Shown one piece after another: positions 34,627-45,257 of a stretch of 64,000 bases of DNA; positions within the stretch are counted from its first letter, which is position 1; each line of letters opens with the position of its first letter. This stretch comes from Alphaproteobacteria bacterium (lineage in GTDB: Bacteria; Pseudomonadota; Alphaproteobacteria; CACIAM-22H2). The stretch lies in contig JAWLHE010000007.1 of NCBI GenBank assembly GCA_041690495.1, positions 50,165-114,164 on the forward strand. Direction: 5' to 3'. The notes beneath the pieces were generated by a model. The model did not search any database and was not told the DNA's origin. It saw only the letters and a list, made by a program, of their open reading frames with translations. A program made the position numbers and the translations under genes.

Positions 34627-35082
34627 ATGCGTTGCCCGTTTTGCGGTCACGACGACACGCAAGTGAAGGACTCGCGGCCTACTGATGACAACAGCGCGAT
34701 TCGCCGCCGGCGGTTCTGCCCGGCATGCGGCTCGCGCTTCACGACCTTCGAGCGAGTGCAGCTGCGCGAGCTTGTGGTCGTAAAGAAGGGCGGGGTCAAG
34801 GAACCGTTCGACCGCGAGAAACTGGCGCGTTCAATCTCGATCGCGGTGCGAAAGCGCCCGGTGGAGCCGGAACGCGTCGAGCGCCTTGTCAACGGCATAG
34901 TCCGCCGGCTGGAAAGTCTCGGTGAGTCCGAAATTCCGTCGACCGTGGTCGGCGAGATGGTGATGGACGCGCTGTCGAGCCTCGATCCGGTCGCGTATGT
35001 CCGGTTCGCGTCCGTTTACCGCAATTTCCGCGAAGCCAAGGATTTCGAAGATTTCGTCGGCAAGCTTGGCGACAAAGACTGA
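34627..35082 (+). CDS. nrdR: Transcriptional repressor NrdR
   Basis: [18 protein letters not shown]...[18 protein letters not shown] zinc ribbon plus an ATP-cone. Confidence 0.95.
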   Translation: MRCPFCGHDDTQVKDSRPTDDNSAIRRRRFCPACGSRFTTFERVQLRELVVVKKGGVKEPFDREKLARSISIAVRKRPVEPERVERLVNGIVRRLESLGESEIPSTVVGEMVMDALSSLDPVAYVRFASVYRNFREAKDFEDFVGKLGDKD

Positions 35083-35101
35083 TCCGGCCGATATCGGGCA
35101 C

Positions 35102-36184
35102 ATGCGGGCCGCGCTTGCGCTGGCGCGGCGCGGGCTTGGGCGCACATGGCCGAACCCGAGCGTCGGCTCGGTGGTGGTCCGCGACGGCCGCGTCGTCGGG
35201 CGCGGCTGGACGCAGCCGGGCGGGCGGCCGCACGCTGAAACCGAGGCGCTGGCGAGAGCCGGTGCCGCGGCAAAGGGGGCCACGGCCTATGTCAGCCTCG
35301 AGCCATGCAGCCATCAGGGCCGGACGCCGCCGTGCTCGCAGGCGCTGATCGAGGCCGGCATAGCGCGGGCGGTCATTGCGTGCGAGGACCCGGATCCGCG
35401 CGTCAGCGGAACCGGCACGGCCGCGCTCGCCGCTGCGGGAATCGCCGTGCAGGCCGGGGTGCTTGACCAGGAGGCCCGCGAACTCAATGCAGGATTCTTC
35501 AACCGCGTAATGCTCGGGCGTCCGCTCATAACGCTCAAGGCGGCGACCGGGCTCGATGGCCGGATCGCGACGCACCGAGGCGAAAGCCGCTGGATTACCG
35601 GCGAGCCGGCGCGGGCCCGCGGACACTTGCTGCGGGCGACGCACGATGCGGTGATGGTCGGCGTCGGAACGGCGTCGGTCGACGATCCGCAGCTGACCTG
35701 CCGCTTGCCGGGGCTGGAGGCGCGTGCCCCGGTCCGGATTGTCGTGGATGGACGCTTGCGCCTGCCGTTGACCGGCCAGCTGGTCCGCCAAGCCAAGCAA
35801 ATTCCCACCTGGGTGATCGCGGCCGAGGGCGTGGGCGCGCAGCGCCAGGCGGCACTGCTCGACTGCGGTGTCGAGGTCCTGATCGTTGCGCGTGATGCGG
35901 GGGGCGAGTATCCGGACCTGCATGAGGCGATGCGCATCCTCGGCGAGCGAGGTCTTACGCGTGTCCTCGTCGAGGGCGGGGGGCATCTCACGGCCGCTCT
36001 GTCGCGCGCCGACCTGATCGATCGGATCGTCTGGTTTCGTGCCGGGCTGCTCATCGGGGGCGACGGCGTGCCTGTCGCAGTGCCGTTCGGCGTAGACCGG
36101 CTCGATCAGGCACCACGCTTCAGGCGTTCGTCGGTCGACCCGTGCGGCGACGACGTGGTGGAAACTTGGGTGCGGCCAGCGTAG
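35102..36184 (+). CDS. ribD: Bifunctional diaminohydroxyphosphoribosylaminopyrimidine deaminase / 5-amino-6-(5-phosphoribosylamino)uracil reductase
   Basis: CMP/dCMP deaminase zinc motif (HAETEAL...PCSHQGRTPPC) and a C-terminal reductase domain. Possible TTG start at 35066. Confidence 0.9.
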   Translation: MRAALALARRGLGRTWPNPSVGSVVVRDGRVVGRGWTQPGGRPHAETEALARAGAAAKGATAYVSLEPCSHQGRTPPCSQALIEAGIARAVIACEDPDPRVSGTGTAALAAAGIAVQAGVLDQEARELNAGFFNRVMLGRPLITLKAATGLDGRIATHRGESRWITGEPARARGHLLRATHDAVMVGVGTASVDDPQLTCRLPGLEARAPVRIVVDGRLRLPLTGQLVRQAKQIPTWVIAAEGVGAQRQAALLDCGVEVLIVARDAGGEYPDLHEAMRILGERGLTRVLVEGGGHLTAALSRADLIDRIVWFRAGLLIGGDGVPVAVPFGVDRLDQAPRFRRSSVDPCGDDVVETWVRPA

Positions 36185-36193
36185 CTTGCGTCC

Positions 36194-36805
36194 ATGTTCA
36201 CCGGGATTGTCACGGATGTCGGCCGCGTACGCGAGCGTAAGGTAATGGGCGGCGGTCGCGACCTGCGCTTCACCATCGAGACTGCCTATCCCATGCAGGA
36301 GGTTGCACTGGGCGCGTCGATCTGCTGCTCGGGAACGTGCCTGACCGTGGTCGACAAGGGGCCTGACTGGTTCGCCAGCGACGTTTCGGCGGAGACCCTG
36401 GCCAAGACCACTCTCGGCGGCTGGCAGGCGGGAAACCGGATCAATCTCGAGCGCGCGCTCCGCCTCGGCGACGAGCTGGGAGGCCATCTTGTCAGCGGCC
36501 ATGTCGATGGAATTGCGCAGGTGCTCGATCGCAGGACGGATGGCGAGAGCGTGCGTTATCTCTTCGCGCTGGACCGCGGGCTCGGCCGCTTCATTGCTCC
36601 GAAAGGCTCTGTTGCACTGGACGGCGTGTCGTTAACCGTCAACGAGGTCGAGGACACTTCATCGGGGGCGACGCATTTCGGCGTTAATATCATTCCCCAT
36701 ACCCGGCAGAAGACGACTTTCGGCGACGTGGGGCCGGGCATGCGCGTGAATGTGGAAGTCGACATGCTGGCGCGCTACGTTTCCAGACTGAGCCAGAGGA
36801 GTTAG
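36194..36805 (+). CDS. ribE: Riboflavin synthase (alpha subunit)
   Basis: MFTGIV start and a duplicated lumazine-binding repeat. 203 aa. Confidence 0.9.
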   Translation: MFTGIVTDVGRVRERKVMGGGRDLRFTIETAYPMQEVALGASICCSGTCLTVVDKGPDWFASDVSAETLAKTTLGGWQAGNRINLERALRLGDELGGHLVSGHVDGIAQVLDRRTDGESVRYLFALDRGLGRFIAPKGSVALDGVSLTVNEVEDTSSGATHFGVNIIPHTRQKTTFGDVGPGMRVNVEVDMLARYVSRLSQRS

Positions 36806-36807
36806 TC

Positions 36808-38034
36808 ATGCGGGTCTCGAAGCGGCAGGGCGCGTTGCTGGAGAAGGGCGTATCCGATATTGCCGTTCTGTCGTCGGTCGAGGACATTGTCGAAGATGCG
36901 CGCAACGGCCGGATGGTGATCCTGGTCGATGACGAGGACCGCGAGAACGAGGGCGACCTCTACATTCCGGCACAGATGGCGACGCCGGAGGTCATCAATT
37001 TCATGGCCAAGCATGGCCGTGGTCTCATCTGCCTCGCCCTGACGCGCGAGCGCGTCGAGCAGCTCGGCCTGCCGCTCATGGCGCGCGAGAACGGCACGCG
37101 CCATCAGACCGCCTTTACGGTGTCGATCGAAGCGCGCGAAGGCGTGACCACCGGCATCTCGGCTTCGGACCGCGCGCGTACCATTGCCGTGGCTATCGAC
37201 CCGACCAAAGGACGCGACGCGATCGTCACCCCTGGCCACGTCTTCCCGCTGGTCGCACGCGACGGCGGCGTGCTCGTTCGCACCGGTCACACCGAGGCGG
37301 CCGTCGATATCGCACGCATGGCCGGCCTCCTGCCGGCCGGCGTGATCTGCGAGATCATGAACGACGACGGGACGATGGCGCGGCTGCCCGACCTCGTGAA
37401 GTTCGCGCAGTTCCACGGGTTGAAGGTCGGCGCGATCGCCGACCTCATCGCCCATCGCCGCCGGCACGATCGCATCGTCGAGCGCCGGATCGAGACGGTT
37501 CTCGACAGCCGGTTCGGCGGCGTGTTCCGGATGATCGTGTATGTGAACAGCGTCGCCTATGCCGAGCATATCGCCCTCGTCAAGGGTGACGTCACCGGGC
37601 CGGAACCCGTGCTTGTGCGTATGCATGCGCTCAATGTCCTCGATGACGTGCTGGGCGACCGCTCGGTCGGCCGCGGCGAGGTGCTTCATTCGGCCATGCG
37701 CATGATCGGCGAAGCGAGGCGGGGCGTCGTCGTATTGATCCGCGAGCCGCGGCCAACCAGCCTTTCGGACCGCGTTCGCGCACGCCTTGGCGATGCCGCC
37801 TCGCCGGCGATCGCACTCGGAAACTACCTTTCGGAGCGCGGCCGCCAGGCGGCCCGTACGGCGCCGACCGCGGCGGATCTGCGTGACTATGGCATCGGGG
37901 CGCAGATTCTCGTCGATCTCGGCGTCAAGGACATGATCCTGCTTTCGAACGCCCGTCGTAACATCGTCGGGCTCGAGGGCTACGGACTGAAGATCGTCGA
38001 GACGCGCTCGATCCAACCACTTGATCGAACCTGA
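36808..38034 (+). CDS. ribB: 3,4-dihydroxy-2-butanone-4-phosphate synthase fused to a GTP-cyclohydrolase-II-like C-terminal domain (RibBX-type)
   Basis: DHBP synthase core ([11 protein letters not shown], catalytic region VRTGHTEA). The C-terminal half lacks the Cys zinc ligands of active RibA. Confidence 0.85.
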   Translation: MRVSKRQGALLEKGVSDIAVLSSVEDIVEDARNGRMVILVDDEDRENEGDLYIPAQMATPEVINFMAKHGRGLICLALTRERVEQLGLPLMARENGTRHQTAFTVSIEAREGVTTGISASDRARTIAVAIDPTKGRDAIVTPGHVFPLVARDGGVLVRTGHTEAAVDIARMAGLLPAGVICEIMNDDGTMARLPDLVKFAQFHGLKVGAIADLIAHRRRHDRIVERRIETVLDSRFGGVFRMIVYVNSVAYAEHIALVKGDVTGPEPVLVRMHALNVLDDVLGDRSVGRGEVLHSAMRMIGEARRGVVVLIREPRPTSLSDRVRARLGDAASPAIALGNYLSERGRQAARTAPTAADLRDYGIGAQILVDLGVKDMILLSNARRNIVGLEGYGLKIVETRSIQPLDRT

Positions 38035-38036
38035 AC

Positions 38037-38504
38037 GTGATGGCTGACAAGTCCCATATCATGCTCGTGGAAGCGCGCTTCTACGAACCGATCGCCGACG
38101 AACTGGTCAAGGGTGCCACCGCCGCCCTCGAGCGGGCCGGTGCGACCTTCGAGCGCTTCGCCGTTCCCGGCGCACTGGAGATTCCCGCGGCGATTCGCTT
38201 TGCAGCGGAATCGATCGGGACCGTTGCGCATCGCCGCCGATTTGACGGCTATGTCGCGCTTGGCTGTGTCATTCGCGGCGAGACCACCCATTACCAGCAC
38301 GTCTGCGAGGAAAGCGCGCACGGGCTGCAGGAACTCGCGCTGAAGTTCATGCTTCCGATCGGCAACGGCATCCTGACCGTCGAGAACGAGGAGCAGGCCT
38401 GGGAGCGCGCGCGCGTCGACCGTGCCGACAAGGGGGGCGGCGCCGCAGACGCGTGCCTAGCCATGGTCGCGCTCAAACGCCAATTCGATCTCGGTCCGCG
38501 ATGA
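38037..38504 (+). CDS. ribH: 6,7-dimethyl-8-ribityllumazine synthase
   Basis: Lumazine synthase fold motifs (VPGALEIP, GCVIRGETTHY). Confidence 0.9.
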   Translation: MMADKSHIMLVEARFYEPIADELVKGATAALERAGATFERFAVPGALEIPAAIRFAAESIGTVAHRRRFDGYVALGCVIRGETTHYQHVCEESAHGLQELALKFMLPIGNGILTVENEEQAWERARVDRADKGGGAADACLAMVALKRQFDLGPR

Positions 38505-39019
38505 CCGGAGACGGCAAGGTCGGGCGTGGCAGCGAGCCGGGCCGCCGGGGCCGCCGCAGCGTGGCGCGGCTGGCCGCGGTGCAGGCCCTCTACCAGATAG
38601 ATCTGACCGCAACCCCGCCTGAGCAGGTAATTGCCGAGTTTCTCAGCCATCGCCTCGATGAGATCGGCGGTAAAGGCGCGGCCGACGCGGTGTTCTTCAG
38701 CGAGCTGGTCGGCGGTGTCGTCGCGCGCCGTACCGAGATCGATGCGCTGCTGGCCCCGCTGCTTGCCGAGGGGTGGACGATCGAGCGCCTGGAGAAGGTG
38801 CTGCGCGCCATTCTGCGCGCCGGCGCGTTCGAGATGCTGGCGCGCGGGGATGTTCCTGCGGCCGTTGTCATCGACGAATACGTGCGCGTCGCCCATGCGT
38901 TTTTCAGCGAGCGGGAGCCCGGCGTGGTAAACGGGATTCTCGACCGGCTCGCCCGGACCGTTCGCGCCACTGGATTCGAAGGCCGCCCGCGTGCCGAGCA
39001 AGACGCGACGGATCAGTGA
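38501..39019 (+). CDS. nusB: Transcription antitermination factor NusB
   Basis: NusB helical fold motifs (ARLAAVQALYQ). Its start overlaps the ribH stop (ATGA). Confidence 0.9.
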   Translation: MTGDGKVGRGSEPGRRGRRSVARLAAVQALYQIDLTATPPEQVIAEFLSHRLDEIGGKGAADAVFFSELVGGVVARRTEIDALLAPLLAEGWTIERLEKVLRAILRAGAFEMLARGDVPAAVVIDEYVRVAHAFFSEREPGVVNGILDRLARTVRATGFEGRPRAEQDATDQ

Positions 39020-39983
39020 GTTCGAGCTGATCGCCCGCTACTTCGCGCCCCTCGCGCGCGAAGCTGCGGGGGCGCTCGATCTCAAGGACGATGCCGCGTG
39101 GATCGAGAGCCGTGCCGACGCGCAGTGGGTGGTGACAAGCGATGTGCTGGTCGAAGGGGTGCATTTCCTGCCGGACGACCCGGCCGAGCTCATCGCCCGC
39201 AAGTCCCTGCGCGTCAACCTTTCGGACCTTGCGGCGAAGGGCGCCGCGGCGAAAGCCTATCTGCTCGATCTCGTGCTGCCCGCCACACATGACGAGCCCT
39301 GGATCGCCGATTTTGTACGCGGGCTCGCCAAGGATCAGGTCGAGTTCGGCGTCTCCCTGATCGGTGGCGACACCGCGAGCACGCCCGGGCCGCTGACGAT
39401 CGCGGTGACGGCGCTCGGGCAGGTGCCGACCGGAGAGATGCTGGTTCGTTCCCGGGCAGCGGCCGACGACGATATCTACGTATCGGGAACGATCGGCGAC
39501 GCCGCGTTGGGTCTGGTGGTGCTACGCGGCGGCCTGAACCGGCTCGGTGCCGCTGCGCAGAGCTATCTGGTGGGGCGCTACCGGTTGCCGGAGCCGCGCA
39601 CCGTTCTCGGCCCGAAACTGGTCGGCATTGCCAACGCTGCAATGGACGTCTCGGACGGACTGGTTGCCGATCTTGGCCACATCTGCGCGACCTCGGGACT
39701 GGGGGCAGTGATCGAGGAGGATCTGGTACCAATTTCGCCGGCGGCAGCGACGGCGCTGCGCGAACACCCGGCATTGATCACGGCGGTCCTGACCGGAGGC
39801 GACGACTACGAGATCCTTTTCACCGCACCGGGCACGATGGCATCGACCATCCTGAAGCTGGCGCAGACGCTCAACGTACCGCTTGCCCGCATCGGGCGGA
39901 TGCGGCCCGGCGCGGGAGTGGAGGTGGTAAAGGCCGACGGGAGCGGACGCGAGATCGATACACCCGGCTGGCAGCACTTCTGA
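38991..39983 (+). CDS. thiL: Thiamine-monophosphate kinase
   Basis: AIR-synthase-related fold with ThiL motifs (SEFELIARYF, DDAAW, VEGVHF, GGDT). GTG start overlaps the nusB 3' end by 29 nt. Confidence 0.85.
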   Translation: MPSKTRRISEFELIARYFAPLAREAAGALDLKDDAAWIESRADAQWVVTSDVLVEGVHFLPDDPAELIARKSLRVNLSDLAAKGAAAKAYLLDLVLPATHDEPWIADFVRGLAKDQVEFGVSLIGGDTASTPGPLTIAVTALGQVPTGEMLVRSRAAADDDIYVSGTIGDAALGLVVLRGGLNRLGAAAQSYLVGRYRLPEPRTVLGPKLVGIANAAMDVSDGLVADLGHICATSGLGAVIEEDLVPISPAAATALREHPALITAVLTGGDDYEILFTAPGTMASTILKLAQTLNVPLARIGRMRPGAGVEVVKADGSGREIDTPGWQHF

Positions 39984-40051
39984 TCCGGTTATCCGTTCAC
40001 GGTCCGTTTACGCGGCCTGCCTAGTCTCGATCGAGACTTGGGGCCCGGCGA

Positions 40052-40486
40052 ATGAATCGGCTTTTATCCATCCTCTATGCAGCGCTGCTCGCGCTGCCGG
40101 CCATATGCGTGGCGGCGCCGGCCCCGGCCGGCGATCGCAGCCGGCCTGAATACGAAAAGCTGGAGCAGGGGCCGGTCTATCTGCGGCTCGAACGGATCAT
40201 GGTGCCCATGATCCATGAAAACGCCGTGCGCAAGCTCATTACGTTCATTCTTGTGGTCGAGTTCGCGGATCCCGAGTCCCGCGAGCGGGCGAAGCTGGTG
40301 ATGCCGCGACTTATCGACGCATTTCGGCGCGATCTGCACATCTTGGTATCGCGGCCTGGCAGCCGCGACGAGATGGATCTTGCCCTGTTCAAGCGGTACC
40401 TGCTGGCGTCCGGCAAACGGGTCCTGGGCCATGACGTGGTGAAGGACGTGTTCATCGAGCGCACCCTGGCGCGCAAGGCCGGGTAG
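40052..40486 (+). CDS. Secreted FliL-like (flagellar basal-body-associated family) protein, orphan
   Basis: Signal peptide and a core resembling FliL (PVYLRLERIMVP...PRLIDAFRRDL). Not adjacent to flagellar genes. Family assignment tentative. Confidence 0.4.
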   Translation: MNRLLSILYAALLALPAICVAAPAPAGDRSRPEYEKLEQGPVYLRLERIMVPMIHENAVRKLITFILVVEFADPESRERAKLVMPRLIDAFRRDLHILVSRPGSRDEMDLALFKRYLLASGKRVLGHDVVKDVFIERTLARKAG

Positions 40487-40533
40487 CGAAGCACACGCTT
40501 GTCGGCCCGGCAAGGCGATGCTAGGCAGCGCGT

Positions 40534-41718
40534 GTGCCATCCGATCCCACGCGCCGCAACGTAATCCTTCTCGCCCTTTGCCAAGGGCTCCTGATGATTG
40601 GCACCTCGACGATGATTGCCGAGGCGGCGCTGGTCGGGCATCTGCTGGCGGAGGACAAAGCCTATTCGACCCTGCCGCTCGGAGCCCAGCAGCTTGCGGT
40701 GATGCTGACGATCGTGCCTGCGTCGCTGCTGATGGGCCGCATCGGCCGGCGCGCGGGCTTTTCGCTGGGGGCCGGGTTCGGCGTTGTCGGGACGACGGTC
40801 GCGACGATTGCCGTGCTACAGGGCTCGTTCTGGCTGTTCTGCCTCGGAACCGCCCTGAACGGCGTTTATAACGGCTTTGCGATGTTCTACCGCTTCGCCG
40901 CGGTCGACGGCGCGGAGAAGGGCTGGCAGGCGAAGGCGATTTCGTATGTGCTCGCGGGCGGGGTGCTGGCCGCGATCATCGGGCCCGAGCTTGCCAAGCA
41001 CACCAAGGACCTGCTTGCGCCCGTGGTGTTTGCCGGATCCTTCGCGTCGCTGATCGTGACCGCGTTGGTCGCGCTGGTGATTTTGCAGTTCATCCGCATT
41101 CCGCGACCCAGCGAGGCCGAACGGCGCGAAGCGCAGCGGCCGCTCGCCGTCATCGCACGCCAGCCCGCGTTTCTGGTCGCCGTCCTTGGCGCCATGGTCG
41201 CCTATGGCGGGATGAATTTCATCATGACGGCCACGCCGCTGGAGATGCGCCTTTGCGGGCATCCCTTCGAGTCGACGGCCTTCGTCATCCAGTGGCATGT
41301 CTTCGCCATGTTCGCGCCGTCGTTCTTCACCGGACATGTGATCAGGCGTTTCGGGATGGCCAATGTGATGATCGCCGGTACGACCCTGATGGCCGCGGCG
41401 CTGGCCCTCAACCTTGCGGGCGTCAGCGTATGGCATTTCTGGACGGCCCTGGCGACGCTCGGACTGGGCTGGAATTTTCTGTTCGTCGGCGCGACGACGC
41501 TGCTTACGACGTCGTACCGGCCCGCCGAGAAGGCGAAGGTTCAGGCGCTGAACGATCTTCTGGTGTTCGGCACGGTCGCGATTTCGGCGTTCAGCGCCGG
41601 CTTCGCTCATCACGCCCTGGGATGGAGCGCCCTCAATTACGGCGTGGCGCCCTTCCTGGTCGCGGCGGCGGCGGCGATCGCATGGCTCGCCCGGCAGAGG
41701 CGCGTCTCCGCCGCCTAG
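40534..41718 (+). CDS. MFS transporter
   Basis: 12-TM major facilitator topology and a GRIGRR-type loop motif. Confidence 0.75.
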   Translation: MPSDPTRRNVILLALCQGLLMIGTSTMIAEAALVGHLLAEDKAYSTLPLGAQQLAVMLTIVPASLLMGRIGRRAGFSLGAGFGVVGTTVATIAVLQGSFWLFCLGTALNGVYNGFAMFYRFAAVDGAEKGWQAKAISYVLAGGVLAAIIGPELAKHTKDLLAPVVFAGSFASLIVTALVALVILQFIRIPRPSEAERREAQRPLAVIARQPAFLVAVLGAMVAYGGMNFIMTATPLEMRLCGHPFESTAFVIQWHVFAMFAPSFFTGHVIRRFGMANVMIAGTTLMAAALALNLAGVSVWHFWTALATLGLGWNFLFVGATTLLTTSYRPAEKAKVQALNDLLVFGTVAISAFSAGFAHHALGWSALNYGVAPFLVAAAAAIAWLARQRRVSAA

Positions 41719-41864
41719 CGGCAGGAAGCGCCGACCGCGGTTAAGGCATTGACCCGCTTGCCATCACGATTGGGTTCTGGCATGTTCCGCGCGCTTTTCC
41801 GGCCCGTCCGGAGCCGGTTCTGTCGGTCGTTCGACAGGCAAATCAAGAAAATCAGAGGCCGAAG

Positions 41865-43946
41865 ATGACTGCTGCATATTGGATCGTGATCGCCTGCGGC
41901 GTGTTGGCGCTGATCTACGGCATATACGCCTATCGACAGGTAATGGCCGCCCCGGCGGGCAATCCACGCATGCAAGAAATTGCCGCCGCGATTCAGGAGG
42001 GGGCTCAGGCCTACCTCAATCGCCAGTACACAACCATCGCGATCGTCGGCGTGGTTGTCGCCGTCATCCTCCTTTACCTGGGCCTCCATGTCTCGATCGG
42101 CTTCCTGATCGGTGCCGTGCTGTCTGGCGCCGCTGGATATATCGGTATGAACGTCTCGGTGCGCGCCAATGTCCGTACGGCCGAAGCGGCACGAAGCGGC
42201 CTACAGCCCGCTCTCGACGTCGCCTTCCGCGCCGGCGCCATCACGGGGCTGCTCGTGGTCGGCCTTGGCCTGCTTGGCGTGGCCGTCTACTACGGCATTC
42301 TGCTGGGCTGGAAGGGCCCGGAGAACATGAACACGCTGATCCAGGCGCTCGTGGCGCTGTCGTTCGGCGCATCGCTGATTTCGATCTTCGCGCGCCTGGG
42401 CGGCGGCATCTTCACCAAGGGCGCCGACGTCGGCGCCGACCTCGTCGGCAAGATCGAGGCGGGCATCCCCGAGGACGATCCGCGCAACCCAGCCGTCATT
42501 GCCGACAACGTTGGCGACAACGTCGGCGACTGCGCCGGCATGGCCGCCGACCTGTTCGAAACCTACGCCGTGACCATCGTCGCGACCATGCTGCTCGCTG
42601 CGCTGTTCTTCACGGGCGAGACGCAGGCGACCATGATGCTCTACCCGCTGCTCGTCGGCGGCGTTTGCATCGCCACCTCGGTCGCCGGCACGTTCTTCGT
42701 CAAGCTCGGCCCCGACAATCACATCATGAAGGCCCTCTACAAGGGGCTCGCGGTTACCGGCTTCCTGTCGGCGGTGCTCATCTTCGTGGTCACGAATTGG
42801 TACCTCGGCGGCGAGACTTATACGATCGGTGCGCTCACCTTCACCTGGATGAACCTGTTCTGGTGCGCGATCACCGGCCTCGCCGTCACAGGCCTGCTGG
42901 TCTGGATCACCGAGTACTACACGGGCACGAATTACCGCCCGGTGCAGAGCATCGCCGAGGCCTCGATCACGGGGCACGCCACCAACATCATCAAGGGCCT
43001 TGCGGTTTCCATGGAGGCCACGGCACTGCCGGTGCTGGTGATCTCGGCGGGCATCATTGTTGCCTATCTCAACGCCGGCCTGTTCGGCATTTCGATCGCT
43101 GCGACGACGATGCTGGCGCTGGCGGGCATGGTCGTGGCGCTCGATGCCTACGGCCCGGTCACGGACAATGCCGGCGGCATTGCCGAGATGTCCGGCATGC
43201 CCAAGGACATCCGCAAGAACACCGATGCGCTCGACGCGGTCGGCAACACGACCAAGGCCGTTACCAAGGGCTATGCAATCGGCTCGGCCGGCCTCGCGGC
43301 CCTGGTCCTGTTCGCGGCCTATATCGAGGACCTGCGCCACTACTTCCCGGCCTACAAAGGCCTGACCTTCGACCTGCAGAACCCGTGGGTCGTGATTGGC
43401 CTGTTCATCGGCGGCATGCTCCCGTACCTGTTCGGCGCGATGGGCATGACCGCGGTCGGACGTGCCGCCGGCGCGGTGGTCATCGAGGTCCGCCGCCAGT
43501 TCAAGGAGATCAAGGGCATCATGGAGGGCACGGCCAAGCCGGATTACGGCCGGGCGGTCGACCTCCTGACGCGTGCGGCGATCAAGGAGATGATCGTGCC
43601 GTCGTTGCTGCCCGTGCTGGCGCCCGTGGTCCTCTATGTCGTCGTCCTCTTCATCGGCGGTCAGGCGGCGGCTTTCACGGCGTTGGGCGCCATGTTGCTT
43701 GGCACGATCGTCACCGGCCTGTTCGTCGCAATCTCGATGACGTCCGGCGGAGGCGCCTGGGACAATGCGAAGAAGTACATCGAGGACGGCCATCATGGCG
43801 GAAAGGGCTCGGAAGCCCACAAGGCGGCCGTCACCGGCGACACTGTCGGCGATCCCTACAAGGACACGGCCGGCCCGGCGGTGAATCCGATGATCAAGAT
43901 CATCAACATCGTCGCGATTCTGCTGCTGGCGATCCTCGCGCACTGA
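41865..43946 (+). CDS. hppA: Membrane-bound proton-translocating pyrophosphatase (H+-PPase)
   Basis: 693 aa, about 16 TM, with conserved V-PPase motifs ([40 protein letters not shown]). Confidence 0.95.
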   Translation: MTAAYWIVIACGVLALIYGIYAYRQVMAAPAGNPRMQEIAAAIQEGAQAYLNRQYTTIAIVGVVVAVILLYLGLHVSIGFLIGAVLSGAAGYIGMNVSVRANVRTAEAARSGLQPALDVAFRAGAITGLLVVGLGLLGVAVYYGILLGWKGPENMNTLIQALVALSFGASLISIFARLGGGIFTKGADVGADLVGKIEAGIPEDDPRNPAVIADNVGDNVGDCAGMAADLFETYAVTIVATMLLAALFFTGETQATMMLYPLLVGGVCIATSVAGTFFVKLGPDNHIMKALYKGLAVTGFLSAVLIFVVTNWYLGGETYTIGALTFTWMNLFWCAITGLAVTGLLVWITEYYTGTNYRPVQSIAEASITGHATNIIKGLAVSMEATALPVLVISAGIIVAYLNAGLFGISIAATTMLALAGMVVALDAYGPVTDNAGGIAEMSGMPKDIRKNTDALDAVGNTTKAVTKGYAIGSAGLAALVLFAAYIEDLRHYFPAYKGLTFDLQNPWVVIGLFIGGMLPYLFGAMGMTAVGRAAGAVVIEVRRQFKEIKGIMEGTAKPDYGRAVDLLTRAAIKEMIVPSLLPVLAPVVLYVVVLFIGGQAAAFTALGAMLLGTIVTGLFVAISMTSGGGAWDNAKKYIEDGHHGGKGSEAHKAAVTGDTVGDPYKDTAGPAVNPMIKIINIVAILLLAILAH

Positions 43947-43965
43947 GCGCGGGACCCGCGAAACC

Positions 43966-43999
43966 AAAAGCCCCGGAGGCATTGCCTCCGGGGCTTTTT
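43966..43999. terminator. Bidirectional Rho-independent terminator between hppA and bamE
   Basis: aaaagccccggaggc-att-gcctccggggctttt: perfect GC stem with A-run and T-run arms between convergent genes. Confidence 0.65.
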
Positions 44000-44032
44000 C
44001 ATTGGCTCATGGTGGTCGGTCCGGATAGGCCG

Positions 44033-44479
44033 CTAACGGCGGCCCTCCCTCTGTGCGAAGCGGCCGATATTGCCGACGAGCTGCTCTATGACGCTCAGCT
44101 CCTTGCCGGGCGCCGGGGTCTTGCGGGTGACCGGGTCGATGATCTTGCCGTCCTCGAGTGTGTAATGACGGACGTCGCGCACCAGCCCGACGTCGTCAAA
44201 ATCGACCACGACGACATTCTGCTCGATCACCGTCGGCTCGAAAAAGGCGAGGGTTCTGGTCTTGCGCTGGACATAGATCCACGTATCTTCCGAGAACGGG
44301 GTCACGGATGACGGGGTGCCGAGGATCTCCGCGACGTCATTGCGCGTCTGGCCGCCCGGCTTGACACGTTCGAGCGCCTCCCGGTCGGGAACATATCCCA
44401 GATTGTCCACGGTCGGGGCGCAGCCGGACATAATCGCGCCCGCGCAGACTGTGGCGACCAGGGACAGGCGGAGGCGGTT
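44033..44479 (-). CDS. bamE: Outer membrane protein assembly factor BamE (SmpA/OmlA lipoprotein)
   Basis: Lipoprotein signal ...AIMSGC and a BamE fold motif (LGYVPDREALERVKPGGQTRNDVAEILGTP). The upstream in-frame extension in the ORF track is rejected. Confidence 0.7.
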   Translation of the reverse strand, partial: NRLRLSLVATVCAGAIMSGCAPTVDNLGYVPDREALERVKPGGQTRNDVAEILGTPSSVTPFSEDTWIYVQRKTRTLAFFEPTVIEQNVVVVDFDDVGLVRDVRHYTLEDGKIIDPVTRKTPAPGKELSVIEQLVGNIGRFAQREGRR

Positions 44480-44606
44480 CATCGCGATCGGCCAAGCATT
44501 GCGGTTGAAGGGAATTCTGCCTTGGGCCATGGTGCTGGCGCGATTTGGCATGCACCGGTCGCGTCTGTCAATGTCAAGCATTCCGTGATTGGCTGCGAGT
44601 TCATCC

Positions 44607-45173
44607 ATGTTTCGGCGCCTGTTCCGTCAACCTCGCCACCATGAGCAGGCCTATACCATCTACAATGCGATCGTGGCACAAGCACGGCAGCCGGACTTCT
44701 ACACGACGCTGGAGGTCCCCGATTCGGTCGATGGCCGCTTCGAGATGATCGCCCTTCATGCGTTTCTGGTCCTTCAGCGGGTCAAAGGGGCGCCGCCGCC
44801 CGCGGCTGAACTCGGGCAGGCGCTGTTCGATACCATGTTCGCGGACATGGACCGCAGCTTGCGCGAGATGGGTGCCGGAGACCTCGGCGTTGGCGTGCGG
44901 GTGAAGGCGATGGCCCATGCATTCTATGGGCGGATTGCCGCGTATGAATCGGCCCTGGCTGCGCCCGACGATGACGCGCTCGCCGCCGCGCTGCGGCGCA
45001 ATGTCTATGGGACGCGGCGGGGCGACGAGTCGCCTTCGGCATCGGCCGTCGAAGCCCTTGCGCGCTATGTCCGCCTTGGTGCGGACAGGCTGGCGCAACA
45101 GCCGGCCGGTACCCTGCTGACCGGTATTCCCGACTTTCCAGCGGTACCGGCTGTTGCCGCTTCGCGCCATTGA
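44607..45173 (+). CDS. Ubiquinol-cytochrome c chaperone family protein (Cbp3-like)
   Basis: Composition and conserved position between bamE and yceD in alphaproteobacteria. Start chosen at MFRRLF. Confidence 0.5.
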   Translation: MFRRLFRQPRHHEQAYTIYNAIVAQARQPDFYTTLEVPDSVDGRFEMIALHAFLVLQRVKGAPPPAAELGQALFDTMFADMDRSLREMGAGDLGVGVRVKAMAHAFYGRIAAYESALAAPDDDALAAALRRNVYGTRRGDESPSASAVEALARYVRLGADRLAQQPAGTLLTGIPDFPAVPAVAASRH

Positions 45174-45257
45174 TCCTGTGACTGGTCGGGCTTACCTGAC
45201 GGCGGTGCATCCCTTTCTTGCCCCCTCGCCGCGCCTGGCTGCGGCCGAAGCAGCGCC

